A stretch of DNA of 64,000 bases, taken from Botryllus schlosseri (lineage: Eukaryota). The stretch is from assembly GCA_051294905.1 (NCBI GenBank), contig CM119372.1:11844001-11908000 (forward strand), in the 5' to 3' direction. A model generated the notes under the pieces. The model searched no databases, was not told the DNA's origin, and saw only the letters and a list, made by a program, of their open reading frames with translations. Shown here one piece after another: positions 15,001-27,000 of the stretch. A program made the translations under genes and the position numbers. Within the stretch, counting starts at the first letter, position 1; every line of letters starts with the position of its first letter.

Positions 15001-18000
15001 GGGAAAATACATATTGTTGAAAGATGACCCGAAGATTGCCCACGACCAGCAAGTCAACAAACAGTGCAGTGAGGTATGACGGATTCAATCAGTAGGAAAA
15101 GTAGTCACCTCGTTTTATTTCTATGTGAATCCCTAGATCTCCTACAAAAAAGATTTGGAAAAAATGAGGAAAGACGGCTTCACCTTTTTGCCGGACGCTC
15201 CCGATTTGGAACATCAGAAAAAAGTTCAAAAGAATGTCAGCAAGGTAGGCGGAACGGGGAACATGCCTACATTTGACAATAGCAGGGAACACCACCCGAA
15301 TCGACTCCGAGCATTACAAACATCTAGATTCAGTTGACATTTGCTAGCCAATTTCTCTTATGTGCTTTGCTGAATATGATCATTGACTATGTTTGGCCAG
15401 AAGTGGATACAACAAGGTGATACTATTAGCAAGTACTTCACGGTGATACTACTATTTGACCGCCTTTGGTCTTACCCTATTTGAAGAGATAATCTGTAGA
15501 TATTATTGTCAAATGACATGAGTTATTCCTTGTAAAAGGTCGAATACGAACGGGAAGGCAAAGAACAGAATAACTTTACGGTCCTCGAAGACTCTCCCGA
15601 TGTAAAACACGCCGTGGAGACGGCAAAGATGCAAAGCAACGTAAGAAATCAGATCTCAAAGTTCAGAACCGATAAGTCATATCTGACAGCCTACACATTT
15701 CGCAGGTCAACTACAGACAGAAGCCTCAAGGCAAAGACATCGCACTGCTCGAAACGCCGCACATGCAACACGTCATGAACGCCAACAATTTGCAGAGCGA
15801 CGTAAGTTTCTTTTACTTTAATAGTACTTTTTCGTCATTCTGACATTGTCTCGTTGCAGTTAAAATATAGAGAAGCGCACGCCAATCGACAGAAAGCAAA
15901 GGGCTGGCGCTTTACCGCTGACACCCCGACGCAAAGGCACGTTCAAGAGATCGGTAAAGTTCAGAGTGATGTAAGTACTTTGTAGAGTCACACTTCTCCT
16001 AGTTTAGTATCCACAATTGTAGTTGGCAAGAGGCGGCTTTCCTATGTTATTTACTTATACATTTACCTTGGAATTTAAATCTGCAGCGCCTGTCGAGTAG
16101 GATCGTCCAGTATTCTTATGATCCGGATAGGTGGTTATTTTTATCTTTCCTTCATAAAGGTAACACTGTTCCGGGCCTACCCTATCGATACTAAATCGAG
16201 AGTGGAGTATTTTTGTTCAAAGAAGTCACCACAAACCTAAGTCCCATGAATCTCTTGTTATATGACAGCAAGAGACTCATTAGTGCAGCGTCGATTTGAT
16301 GAATTCAATAAGGAAATTAAATTAGTCTTTCATGGATGTATGGTATGAAAATAATGTTTCTATATTTTGATTTATATTTCATATCTTCGTCACTTTGTCT
16401 TCAATCGTGTGAAATTAGTTTTTCGATAGTTTTTAAATTTCTTTCTAATAATATAACGCTATTCGAATAAGATATGGCTGTAGAAATTTCAAAGTATGAG
16501 GTTCGTTTGGCAAAATTATTTGCTATGGTCAGTCTTGGAAATCCATTGGTCCGTAAGCTCATTACGCTTTTCGAAAGGCATTCATTGACAAAAAAGTGTT
16601 GTGAATCACCAATTTCGAGAAAGCATGTTTCAAAGATGCGTTGATAGAGATATACATATCACATGATTGCAATCATTTTGCAGTACAAATACCGGAAAAA
16701 CTACAGAGAAAACGTCGGCAAGGGATTTACCACCATCACGGACAGACCAGATATCATGCACGCCACCAGTATGAAGGAGATGGTCAGCGATGTGAGTACA
16801 ATGCCTCGGTGTGGTGCGCTCAAAAATGCGAGTGTGAATTTGCATTTGCTGTAGAACGAGTACAAGCGTCAACATCGGGATATGGTCGGGAAGGGATACA
16901 CTTTCGTAGCCGATAATCCTACGATAACTCACGCCGAAGAAGCGAACATACTGCAGAGTGATGTAAATATTTCAATTCTTATCATTAGAGATGGGCGATG
17001 GCGATAAGCAAATCATCATGAATACTCGCATTGTATATGTGTGTATAGCCAGCGGACAACGGACAACACACCAGCAATGGTGCAGAAATGACAAAGTTCT
17101 CATTCTATGATTCCGAATCAGTTTGAAACTACCTGCCAACTAACTACGGCCGATAACTTTCCCTCAAATAGTTCAAACCGTTCCGCAATCCTGTTCAGGT
17201 GCAGTACAAGAAAGAATACGGCAAGTCCAAAGGCAAAGGCTGGCAGACGGAAGACTCGCAAATACACGGTCACTGCAAAGAAGCGCAAAAGCTAGTCGGA
17301 AACGTACGGCACGCCGGATGTAAAAGCATTGGCTTTACTCACCCGATAACAATCTCCTCCTTGACAGGTCGACTACAGGAAAAACGCGCAAGCCTTGAAC
17401 TCCAGAGGAACAAGCGCGTTCCTGGAGTTAACGCCGTCCGAGCTGCATCACAAACGGGCCGCCGAAATCCTTGACAGCAAACGATACAAGAGCGATTATG
17501 AGAAGAATGTCCGTGGCCGCGGCATGATGATGGACATGTCCAACACACCGAGTATGGATCACATAAGACATGCCGAGGATATCAAAAGCGATGTAAGGCG
17601 TTCCTTTTAGTTTAAGTAACGGTGGTTTAACGATTCCCGTTTTTTTGGCCGGTTAAGGTACGGTACAAGTCCAATTACCAGCAAAATATTCTTGGCAAGG
17701 CTGTCAATTCAGTCGCGGACGCTCCTGACATACTGCAAGCGAGACAGGCGTCTCACATCGCAAGCGACGTAAGTGTTAAAGTAAATAATACAATTCACTC
17801 TAGGCCAGTGGGTCTCAACCTTTTTTACCCGCGGACTCATCTCAAGCTCGCCAGTATACCCGCGGACTCAAGCTATATATTACTGAAAAATATATTCTTT
17901 TTTCTATCCAAGAGAGTGTAATACGGTATCAACAAAAAAATGAGCTAAAATTGAGTCAAGGGAGCTTTCTTAAATCTGTCTTTCCACATCTGTCGGCTTT

Positions 18001-21000
18001 GCAATTCAAGCAACTATTCAGTAATGCAGTCCACATCTCGAGTTCCACTTATATCAGACAACTATAGATTGTTTCTGTGATTAGCACATGTCCCTACGAT
18101 TTGTAATTTTCCAAATAGTCTATAAGTGAACAAGTCGCCATAATCAATTACCAGCACTCAGCGTATATCGCGCCGGAAACCTGTGCAATGTGCTTACGTG
18201 CATGACTTTAACAGCACTTCGTCACCCCCCCTCAATAACAAAACGTTGGTCTTGGGCCACACAGGCCATAAACCTAACTTCTGGTGGGCTTTACCCCCAG
18301 ACCCCCCCCCCCCCCCTTCCGATACCTTTTTACCGCCACTTCTCGGCGAAATTTTTGTACCGTTCATTCAGTCGTTTTGTTTTGAATAAACCGCGCGAGG
18401 CGCGAAAATATTCCATAATTCATGATTGAATCGGTCAACATGATCGGGGTCGCATCTATATATATATAGCTGTAAATTTTTTATACTATCTCTGCTCATG
18501 CATTCAGATTTATCGGTCGAGCTGAGTGAGACGTTTCGGAATTCGATATAATTATATAATTTTTCTAAAAAGTTGCATAAATTTTCAAAAAACACTCTAT
18601 AATTTATGTTAATTCACGAATAGTTTTGGCCCCCCCTTCGAGGTTCCCCCTCAATTATGGGGGTTTGGTGTACGGCAGTTACGGTCCCGCATACGTGTGT
18701 ATAAAGAGCTGTTCCAGGGGTTTATACCTGGCATATTCTGTATGTGAATCGGTAATAGTGAACACGCAGCATTAAATTCCGAGTCCATTTGTACTAAATT
18801 CAAGTCAATCCGACCAAAATCGTAGAGTTTATGACCGTGATAGAATTGCTTATGACAATTTTAGCAATAGGGTACCTCGAACATAAATGTAGGGCATTTT
18901 GAAAAATTCCAGTTGGTAATAATAGGGGTTTTATACCTGGCGTGATTGGTATCAAACCAGGATGATGCGACAGATGTGCAAAGCATACCCGATTTGCCTG
19001 TGATACTTGCAACCAACTGGTTTGCCCAAGACACAGAAAATCTCAGGAGAACCAATAATTCTTGGAATGCTGATCAATTTGTAGTGGTGCTGTTTCGTTG
19101 TTCTTGCGTTTGAAATATACGTAGCCAAACATCGCTTATTGAGGTATCTCTAATATTGCTTTCAAAACTACATTCACTGCAGTATAATTTATTAACTTGC
19201 AGGAATTTCGTATGCCCCTTATCAACAAGAGGTAACAGCACAATAAGAAGCATATAGAAAGAGATTCAAACAAAATCCAAATTGGCAAAATATGACGTAA
19301 CAATGCAATGATAAAAAGGAACGGTAGCTGGCCAAAGTCAACTGTACCGGTACTCCGGTAGTCATAATAAAGGGATAATAGAGAATCAAATCATACAATA
19401 CTCAGTAGACGTTACACAGACAATCAGCGGAATATATTAATGGAATATTGAAAGATTGTATACAAACTCTTTATCCTTTTTATGGTGCCGTTAATTCTTG
19501 ATAAGGGAAACCCGAAAAGTCACCGAGGTAATAAATTCTACTGCAATGAATGTAGTTCTGAAAGCACTATTGAAGTTGAGTGCCGCCAGTCACATATTTG
19601 AGGTATCTATGCATTTTTATGATAGCTATTAAGGTTACTAACATTTCAAAATAGGTATTTTGCAAATCACTCAGCCTAATTCTCAAATCGGAATTTGACG
19701 AAACCGGACTGGGACGGGGCTCATTCACTTTCGGACCAAAAAGCTATTTTCTCCGTAAGGCTGCAATGACTTTGGTCCGAAAGTGAACGAGCCCCGTAGG
19801 TCTGTCAATTACATGTTCCGAAATCATATCGGAAGTGGAAGAAAAAGTGTGTCGAGCCGATTAAGTTACTGAAAATTACTGTGTTCGCGGACTCACCAAG
19901 GACCTTCCGCGGACTGAAATGAGTCCGCGGACTCGGGGTTGAGAAACACTGCTCTAGGCTTTGAAGATGTTGCAAAAGTGAGACTTGTAGCTTGTGGTAG
20001 AGATGCGCGTTCTTATTAAAATGTAAGCCCATTAAGATAGAGACTGAGGCCAAGTCATAGGCTTTCTGGCCGTGGCAAGGCCACCCGTCATCTGATCAAG
20101 AATTGGAATACCGGACTAAATGCGATGGCGACATTTATCAATGAACTTGTGTGTCATACTACACGTAGCAACCCCGAATGGTTTCAGTAAAACACCACAA
20201 GGAAATTCTGATAATTGTAAAATTATTGGGTCAGATCATGTCAGGTGATACAGGCCATATTTCCACCATCTTGGATTGTCATGAAGATAGGCTGCCTTAG
20301 AGAGCTGTGTTTTCTGATTTCAGAAAATGAAATTTCATCAAAAAAGGTCATCTTGAACCGAAGCTATGACCGTCCAAAAATTGCTATTTTTGTGATCGCT
20401 CAAGCAGAAAAAATATCAGAAATTTATACATGTAGTTTAAATTTGCTATATTTCGGTCAAATTAGGGTTGTTGAGAGTGACACTTACACACTTGTTCATT
20501 TATATCCTGCTTGATACTTTTTCGATTTCTTCGACACTTGGAGTTGCATAGTCTGACCTTTAACCTTGTGATTTTGTTCATGTCTTTGAAAATCACTCAC
20601 GCGTGACTTCATTTTCAATTGCAGATATCTCTTGGTGACTAGGTGATGTCATCAAGTGTAAGGTATCATTGGCAAGAGCTTTTAAAAACAAAAATAACAT
20701 TAGTTACTTTTGAATCGTAACATACCATAAGAGCGCCATGAAGCTAGCTTGCAAATTTATTCAAAATCCTCCCCCTTTTCAACAAGAGCAGTTGAAAAAG
20801 TTGTGAAATTTTATGAAAACAACGAACATAGCAGGTTGATGCCAGGGATGAAAGACCGAGTTAGCATTAAATAGAATGTGTATCAACAAAAACGTCTACT
20901 TTTATGTACTCTGAAAGAATTCCATACCCTGTATAAACAGCAAAACCCGGATGCAAAAATTGGATTCACAAAATTTTGTGAATTGAGGCCGAAATGGTGT

Positions 21001-24000
21001 GTTAGTGCAGGATCATCTGGAACACATGCCGTATGTGTCTGTACCATAGATCAAAATGTTGTTCTTTTGCTGCATGCTGCCCGCATTGAAGAAACTTATA
21101 AAGGTTTGCTTCAATTGGCAGTCTGCAATATTGAAAATAGAGACTGCATGCTACAGCGTTGCCCAAACTCTCCCGGATTTCACCCGTTCAGGAATTGCTT
21201 GACTCAAAATTTGAGGATGAGGATGAACCTATTTCGTTCAAACAGTGGGTGTCAGTTGACCGAACTGATCTAATAACTCAAACCTTAACCATAACTGAAT
21301 TTATTCAGTTGATATTAAAAAAGCTTGCAGATTTAGCACCACATCATCACATTTCGCATTCACAGTCTTTATATTTGAAAAAACGAAAACAAGATATGAA
21401 TCAGCAAACAGCTCTTGTATTGATGGATTTTGCGGAAAATTATTCTTTCCAAATTCAAGATGAAGCGCAAGGGTATCATTGGACTCACCAATGCTGCACT
21501 GTGCACCCGGTAGTTTGCTACTACAAGTCTGCAAGCAACGATATTTTGCATTTAAATCTATGCTTTTTATCGGAAGAGTTGTTGCACGATGCAGTAATGG
21601 TGTATCTGATTCAGCGAAAGACAATTGAAATTCTCAAAAGTACAATTCACAACTTGGACAATGTGGAATATTTTAGCGATGGTTGCGCTGCCCAGTACAA
21701 AAACAGAAAATCATTTTACAATTTGTGCAAGCACAAAGCTGACTTCGAAGTGGATGCTGCGTGGTCCTTTTTTGCCACGAGCCATGGTAAATTGCCATGT
21801 GATGGCATTGGTGGCACTGTAAAACGAGCTACAGCAATGGAAAGTCTGAGGCGCCCACTGAATGGTCAGCTTTTGAATGTGGAAGAAATGATGTCCTATT
21901 GCGTGAAAAATATCCAGAAAATAAAATTTAATAATTTGCTCAAAGACGAATTGGATGCTACGAGAGCTTTTTTGGAACAGCGATTTCGGCTCGCTACCAC
22001 AGTCAAAGGTACTCGGGCATTCCATCATTTTAGGCCATTGTTATCAACCAAACTGGGAGCAAAACGTGTTAGTCAAGACAAACACTATGTATTGGAAGTT
22101 GAATTAGATGAAGACTCAAACCAAGAAAATGTACTTCAAATTGAAATTATCAAAAACAAATTTGTATGCTGCGTTTATGATGAAAACTGGTATATTGGCA
22201 TGGTCACAGAAATTGACAAGCCAAACAACGATGCCTTAGTTGAATTCATGCACCCAAAAGGCCCATCAGAGTTTTTTCACTGGCCTCAAAATAAAGATCT
22301 TGCTGGACACCGTTCCAGCACATTTTGTGCACAGTTGACGTTCCTTGTTTATTTAATAATCGGGGACAATACCACCTGACAAAGGAATCAGCACTGAAAG
22401 TCATACAAGTTTGGAAGAAATATCATCAAAGATAAATAGATATCTGATATGAGCAAATAGTTATTATCTAATAGTATGAAAACTAATGAACCCGCAGGAC
22501 CTTATATTGATTTTGATTGTCATTGTTCCTTTCATTGTTTAGTGCTGATCGTTGCCCGAATGTATTGTGTAGAGTACATAAAACATCGCATCTTATCCTG
22601 TCAGTTGTGAATTCTGAAGTGTTGTGGAAGTATTGTGTGTCACCTCAAACGGTGTAGCAAAATTTTCTCAAATTTTCAAAAATATCTCAAATTATTGTCA
22701 GCATAATTTATGTCAGCAATTATCTGTCTGAGTTATACTGACTACCTTATGTATAAAACACTTGGCACGGTACTGTATATAGAATAAAGGTGGTATGAGT
22801 TGCTTTACCGAGTTTGCTCTTGTTGAAAAGGGGGAGGATTTTGAATAAATTTGCAAGCTAGCTTCATGGCGCTCTTATGGTATGTTACGATTCAAAAGTA
22901 ACTAATGTTATTTTTGTTTTTAAAAGCTCTTGTCAAGAGCTTTCCAATGATACCTTACACTTGATGACATCACCTGGTCACCAAGAGATATTTGCAATCG
23001 AAAATGAAGTCACGCATGAGTGATTTTCGAATACATGAACAAAAAAGTGAGGTTAAAGGTCAGACTATGCAACCCCAGGTGTCAAAGAAGGCGAAAAAGT
23101 GTCAAGCAGGACTTAAATGAACAAATGTGAAAGTGTTACCTTCAACAACCCTAATTTGAACGAATTGTAGCAAATTCAAATTACATGTATAAATTTCTGA
23201 CATTTTTTCCGCTTGAGTGATCACAAAAACAGCAATTTTTAAACGGCCATATCTTCGGTTCTACTCATCCGATTTCGATGGAATTTATTTTTTTGAAAGC
23301 AGAAGTAAAAGTTTTCTAACCATGCCAATTTTAATGACAATCTGAGATGGTGGAGGTACATTTTGAAATTTTTCTGGATCACCTGACATGATCTGACCCT
23401 ATTGTCAAAAATATTTATTTGCAAAGTTAGCATATTTCTGGTTTGACACTTGGCGCGCCTCAGCTTAGTTTAATTAAACGTACTAGACTACCGTAATTTA
23501 AATTGGAAACCCAATCCGCGGGCCGCCCACCATTAAAAGTTGATATTTCTTCACTGTCCTCAAAAGTTTTCTCTATTGGCCGCATTTGGTACGCTCCCGG
23601 CGATTGCAATTACGTTCTTAGCAATTTTCTCCCTAACAAATCGCCAATATCATAATAATGAAATAATCCTGGCGATTAATACACAAATCGACATTGCAGA
23701 ATAAATACAAAGCGGATTACCGCAACAACATACTGGGAAAGACTAACTCCATCGCGCTGACCCCAGAGATGGAGCGAATGCAGGCGGCGCAAAAGTTTGT
23801 GTCTCAAGTAGGTCGAATCGAAGTGTGCGTCGATACAAGGGGGAACAACAGTCGTGCTCGCTCCTATTTACAGAAACATTACAAGAATAACAACGGCGAG
23901 AACCGGTCGCAGTATTCCACTCCTATTCTCGACACACCGGAGTGGCGGATGATCAAGCAAAACTCGAAAAACTTCAGCAAGGTAGCTTGCGGAAATTTTG

Positions 24001-27000
24001 CGAGGAATTATTCACCAACGAGCTGTTGTAGATTAACTATGTAAAATTCCACTCTCAAGCTTTCCGAAGCAGACAAACGGCACTCGAAATAGACACAGAA
24101 TGAGTTGCCAGTTGCAATACTACTTTATTTAAGAACTGTACGTGAAATAATTAGCATATCAAGTGCTATATCATAACATCATTATCATTTATTGACCCAG
24201 ACAAATATATATGAACTACTAATATTACTGTTCTATTTGATGGATATGACGAAATACGTTTTAACAAAATGAATTCTCAATCTCAAAACTATTTTACAAT
24301 TACAGATTACGCACATTGAGATCATACTAAAAGCCAAGAAAGCAAAGTTGAATGCAGCAAACTATTATAACGAGCATCCGTACCTTAATGTCGTGAAATG
24401 TATTTACAAACACTATTCCCTTTCCTTTTCTCTACACTTCCTTCACCTTTCCATTAGCTTTGTTATCTCTTCTTTTCTCTCTCTTCGCCAAGGTTCATTA
24501 CAAAGACAATTCATCTGTCGGACGATCTGTCTCTGTTCTTGATACTCCTGAACTACGTACTGCCCGACGAAATAAACATAATTTCAGTCAGGTACTCTTT
24601 CTGTTATTTGTGAAATTCTACATGCGCGTGTTGCTGCGATGTGCATTTTGTGAGTCACATGATTTTTCGTCTTCATATATCGTATGTTATTTCTGGTATC
24701 GCTGTACGCTTGGAATTTGGTCACATGCTATACTGTTGCAGTTACAAGCCATAATTGAGTGGATTGAATTACAAGTATCAATGTTAACCTTTGCATGCAT
24801 GAAGACGTTCTCAAATGCTTTTGGAACTTGAATCGCAATAGGGTCCATCAAACCACTAGGTGTTGCCAGACTTTAGGTGGTAACCGCCGTTGTTACGTAC
24901 GCGGTTGCCGTTATCAGAAACCTGTAGGTTACTTTCTCGATTGTGTAAGGGTATTTTATACGGAAATAATAGCTACAACATATTCTACGTGAGCTCGCTA
25001 TAATATGAACGAAAACTTCGAAAACTTCTGGTGCTGAGCTGGTAGCCGACATTTAGTTGATAATTTCACATTCTCACCTAGTTATCAAATCAGCCTTATT
25101 TCCTTCCGTAGAATATGTTGTAGCCATTTTTTCCATATAAAATACCCTTACACAATCGAGAAAGCAACCTACAGGTTTCTGAATACGGCAACCGCATACG
25201 TAACAAAGGCGGTTACCACCTAAAGTCTGGCGACACCTACTGGTTTGATGGACCCTATTTCAGATGCATTGTCATTTCCTGTTCTGTTTTATTCATTATT
25301 TTACCTGGTTGCCATGCATTTATGTGTTCGCGACTTCGCGTGCAATTGTGCATTCTTTCCAATTTCAATCGTTTCTAGTATGTGTTCGATTTTGTATGCC
25401 TTATTGCTTCACATTCGCTCTTTTATTGTATGATGTATGATGTGCGATGCATTTCACTTGTCAACTTGAATACCGTGATGTAATTTATGCAACGCTACAC
25501 ACAGCTCTCGCCAACAACTCACCCCTTCTTTTCTGTCGGCAACAGATCAAGTACCAAGAAGACCGCGAAAAGCTGAAAGGGAAAGCCACTCAAGTCACCG
25601 ACGATCCCGCGACCCGCAGAGCCATGCAAGCGGCAAAGATCGCGAGCGATGTCGAATACAAGAAGAACAAGGAAAAATCGGAGGAGATGGAGAGGAGACG
25701 GAAAGAAATGAACTCGGCGTCGCAAATCAGTAATTTATCTTCTTCAACTGTTTATAACGCTAACCTTTTGAAATTGTGGAATACGTCCCGATCACAGATC
25801 TCATTCACGAATTGACTGCCTTCTAAAGTTCATGTGTAGCTCGTGACTGGGGCTGGGTACAATGATGAGTACCCGAACCCAAGTCTAGTTTGGATGACGT
25901 GTAACTGGCATCATTTTTGTTGTGGCCGCAAAAACAGACAAATATTTTTGAACTTTCCAAGTCGTTATTACTGTCATGACGCCAAAATAGGTGGCACTCT
26001 AATAGGGTTGTAATGACTCGACTCGAGTCATGATTTTCTGATGACTCGACTTGACTCGAGTCATTTTTCTAAAAGCTGAAATGACTCGACTCGAGTCAAT
26101 CTGTGTCTCAATTGTGCATGACTCGAACCAAGTTATATGACTCAAGACTCAAACAGCCAAGACCGACATTTCATTATAAATTCAAAGAATAGTAAAGTAA
26201 CCACACTATTGGGATTTCGTCTATTGGTACTGGTACTTGAAAATGCGACCACAAACTGCTAAAAGTGAGTAAAATGAGCATATTATAAATGCGAACCATT
26301 TGATGTCACCAAACAGAGTTATAAAAAGTGAGTTTAAGAAGACTTTACCTGAAAACAGAGCAGTTAACACAATGACTTGAACTCGGACTCGAGTCAAAAT
26401 ACCACTCGGACTTGACCCTCTGCTCAATGACTTGGACTCGGACTAGACTCGGCGGTGAATTGAAAATGGCTCGACTTGACTCGAGTCAAAACTATAAAAA
26501 TGAAATTGACTTGTGACTTGGTTACAACCCTGCACTCAAATACTCGATTTGGCCCCTGTAAAGTCAGTGCGTCAAAATCTTAATACACACGCTAGTACTG
26601 ATCTACCAACATCTATTACTTTCTCCTATACTTCCACTGACTTCTCCCTTACCCTTCCATTCACTTCTCTTCTATCAGACAACTACAACGGGTCACTGGT
26701 GAAGTCCCGCGTCGCACCTCCACAACACCCGGGGCTGGGTCAGAACGGTTTAGTTCGCTACAGCCCGATTAGGCGTTGGCGACGACAGCCAGGCAGCATC
26801 TTCGACTACGATCCTTCCGATTACGAGACTGAACACGAATACGAATCGGGTCTAGGTTCTTGCGCTGTCTGTAACCTCTACTTTCTTCTTTTTATTCTCT
26901 TTTCTCGTCTTACGTAGTGGAGAAGAGACGCGATGACGCGAATAAGCTGTATCATACCGATACAGAAGCCGATTTTGTATCCTCGAGTCAGTATGGGACA

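Noticed and set aside
21159..22379. 406-aa ORF as a domesticated host gene or active transposase
   Set aside because: Lies between TIRs with a TSD, flanked by a stop and frameshifts, and lacks the N-terminus.
26003..26532. Repeated GACTCGAGTC-like motifs (also 43241-43696 and 60900-61030) that superficially resemble a CRISPR array
   Set aside because: Irregular spacing, no constant repeat-spacer structure, enclosed by TIRs and an 8-bp TSD in a eukaryotic intron; these are MITE subterminal repeats.
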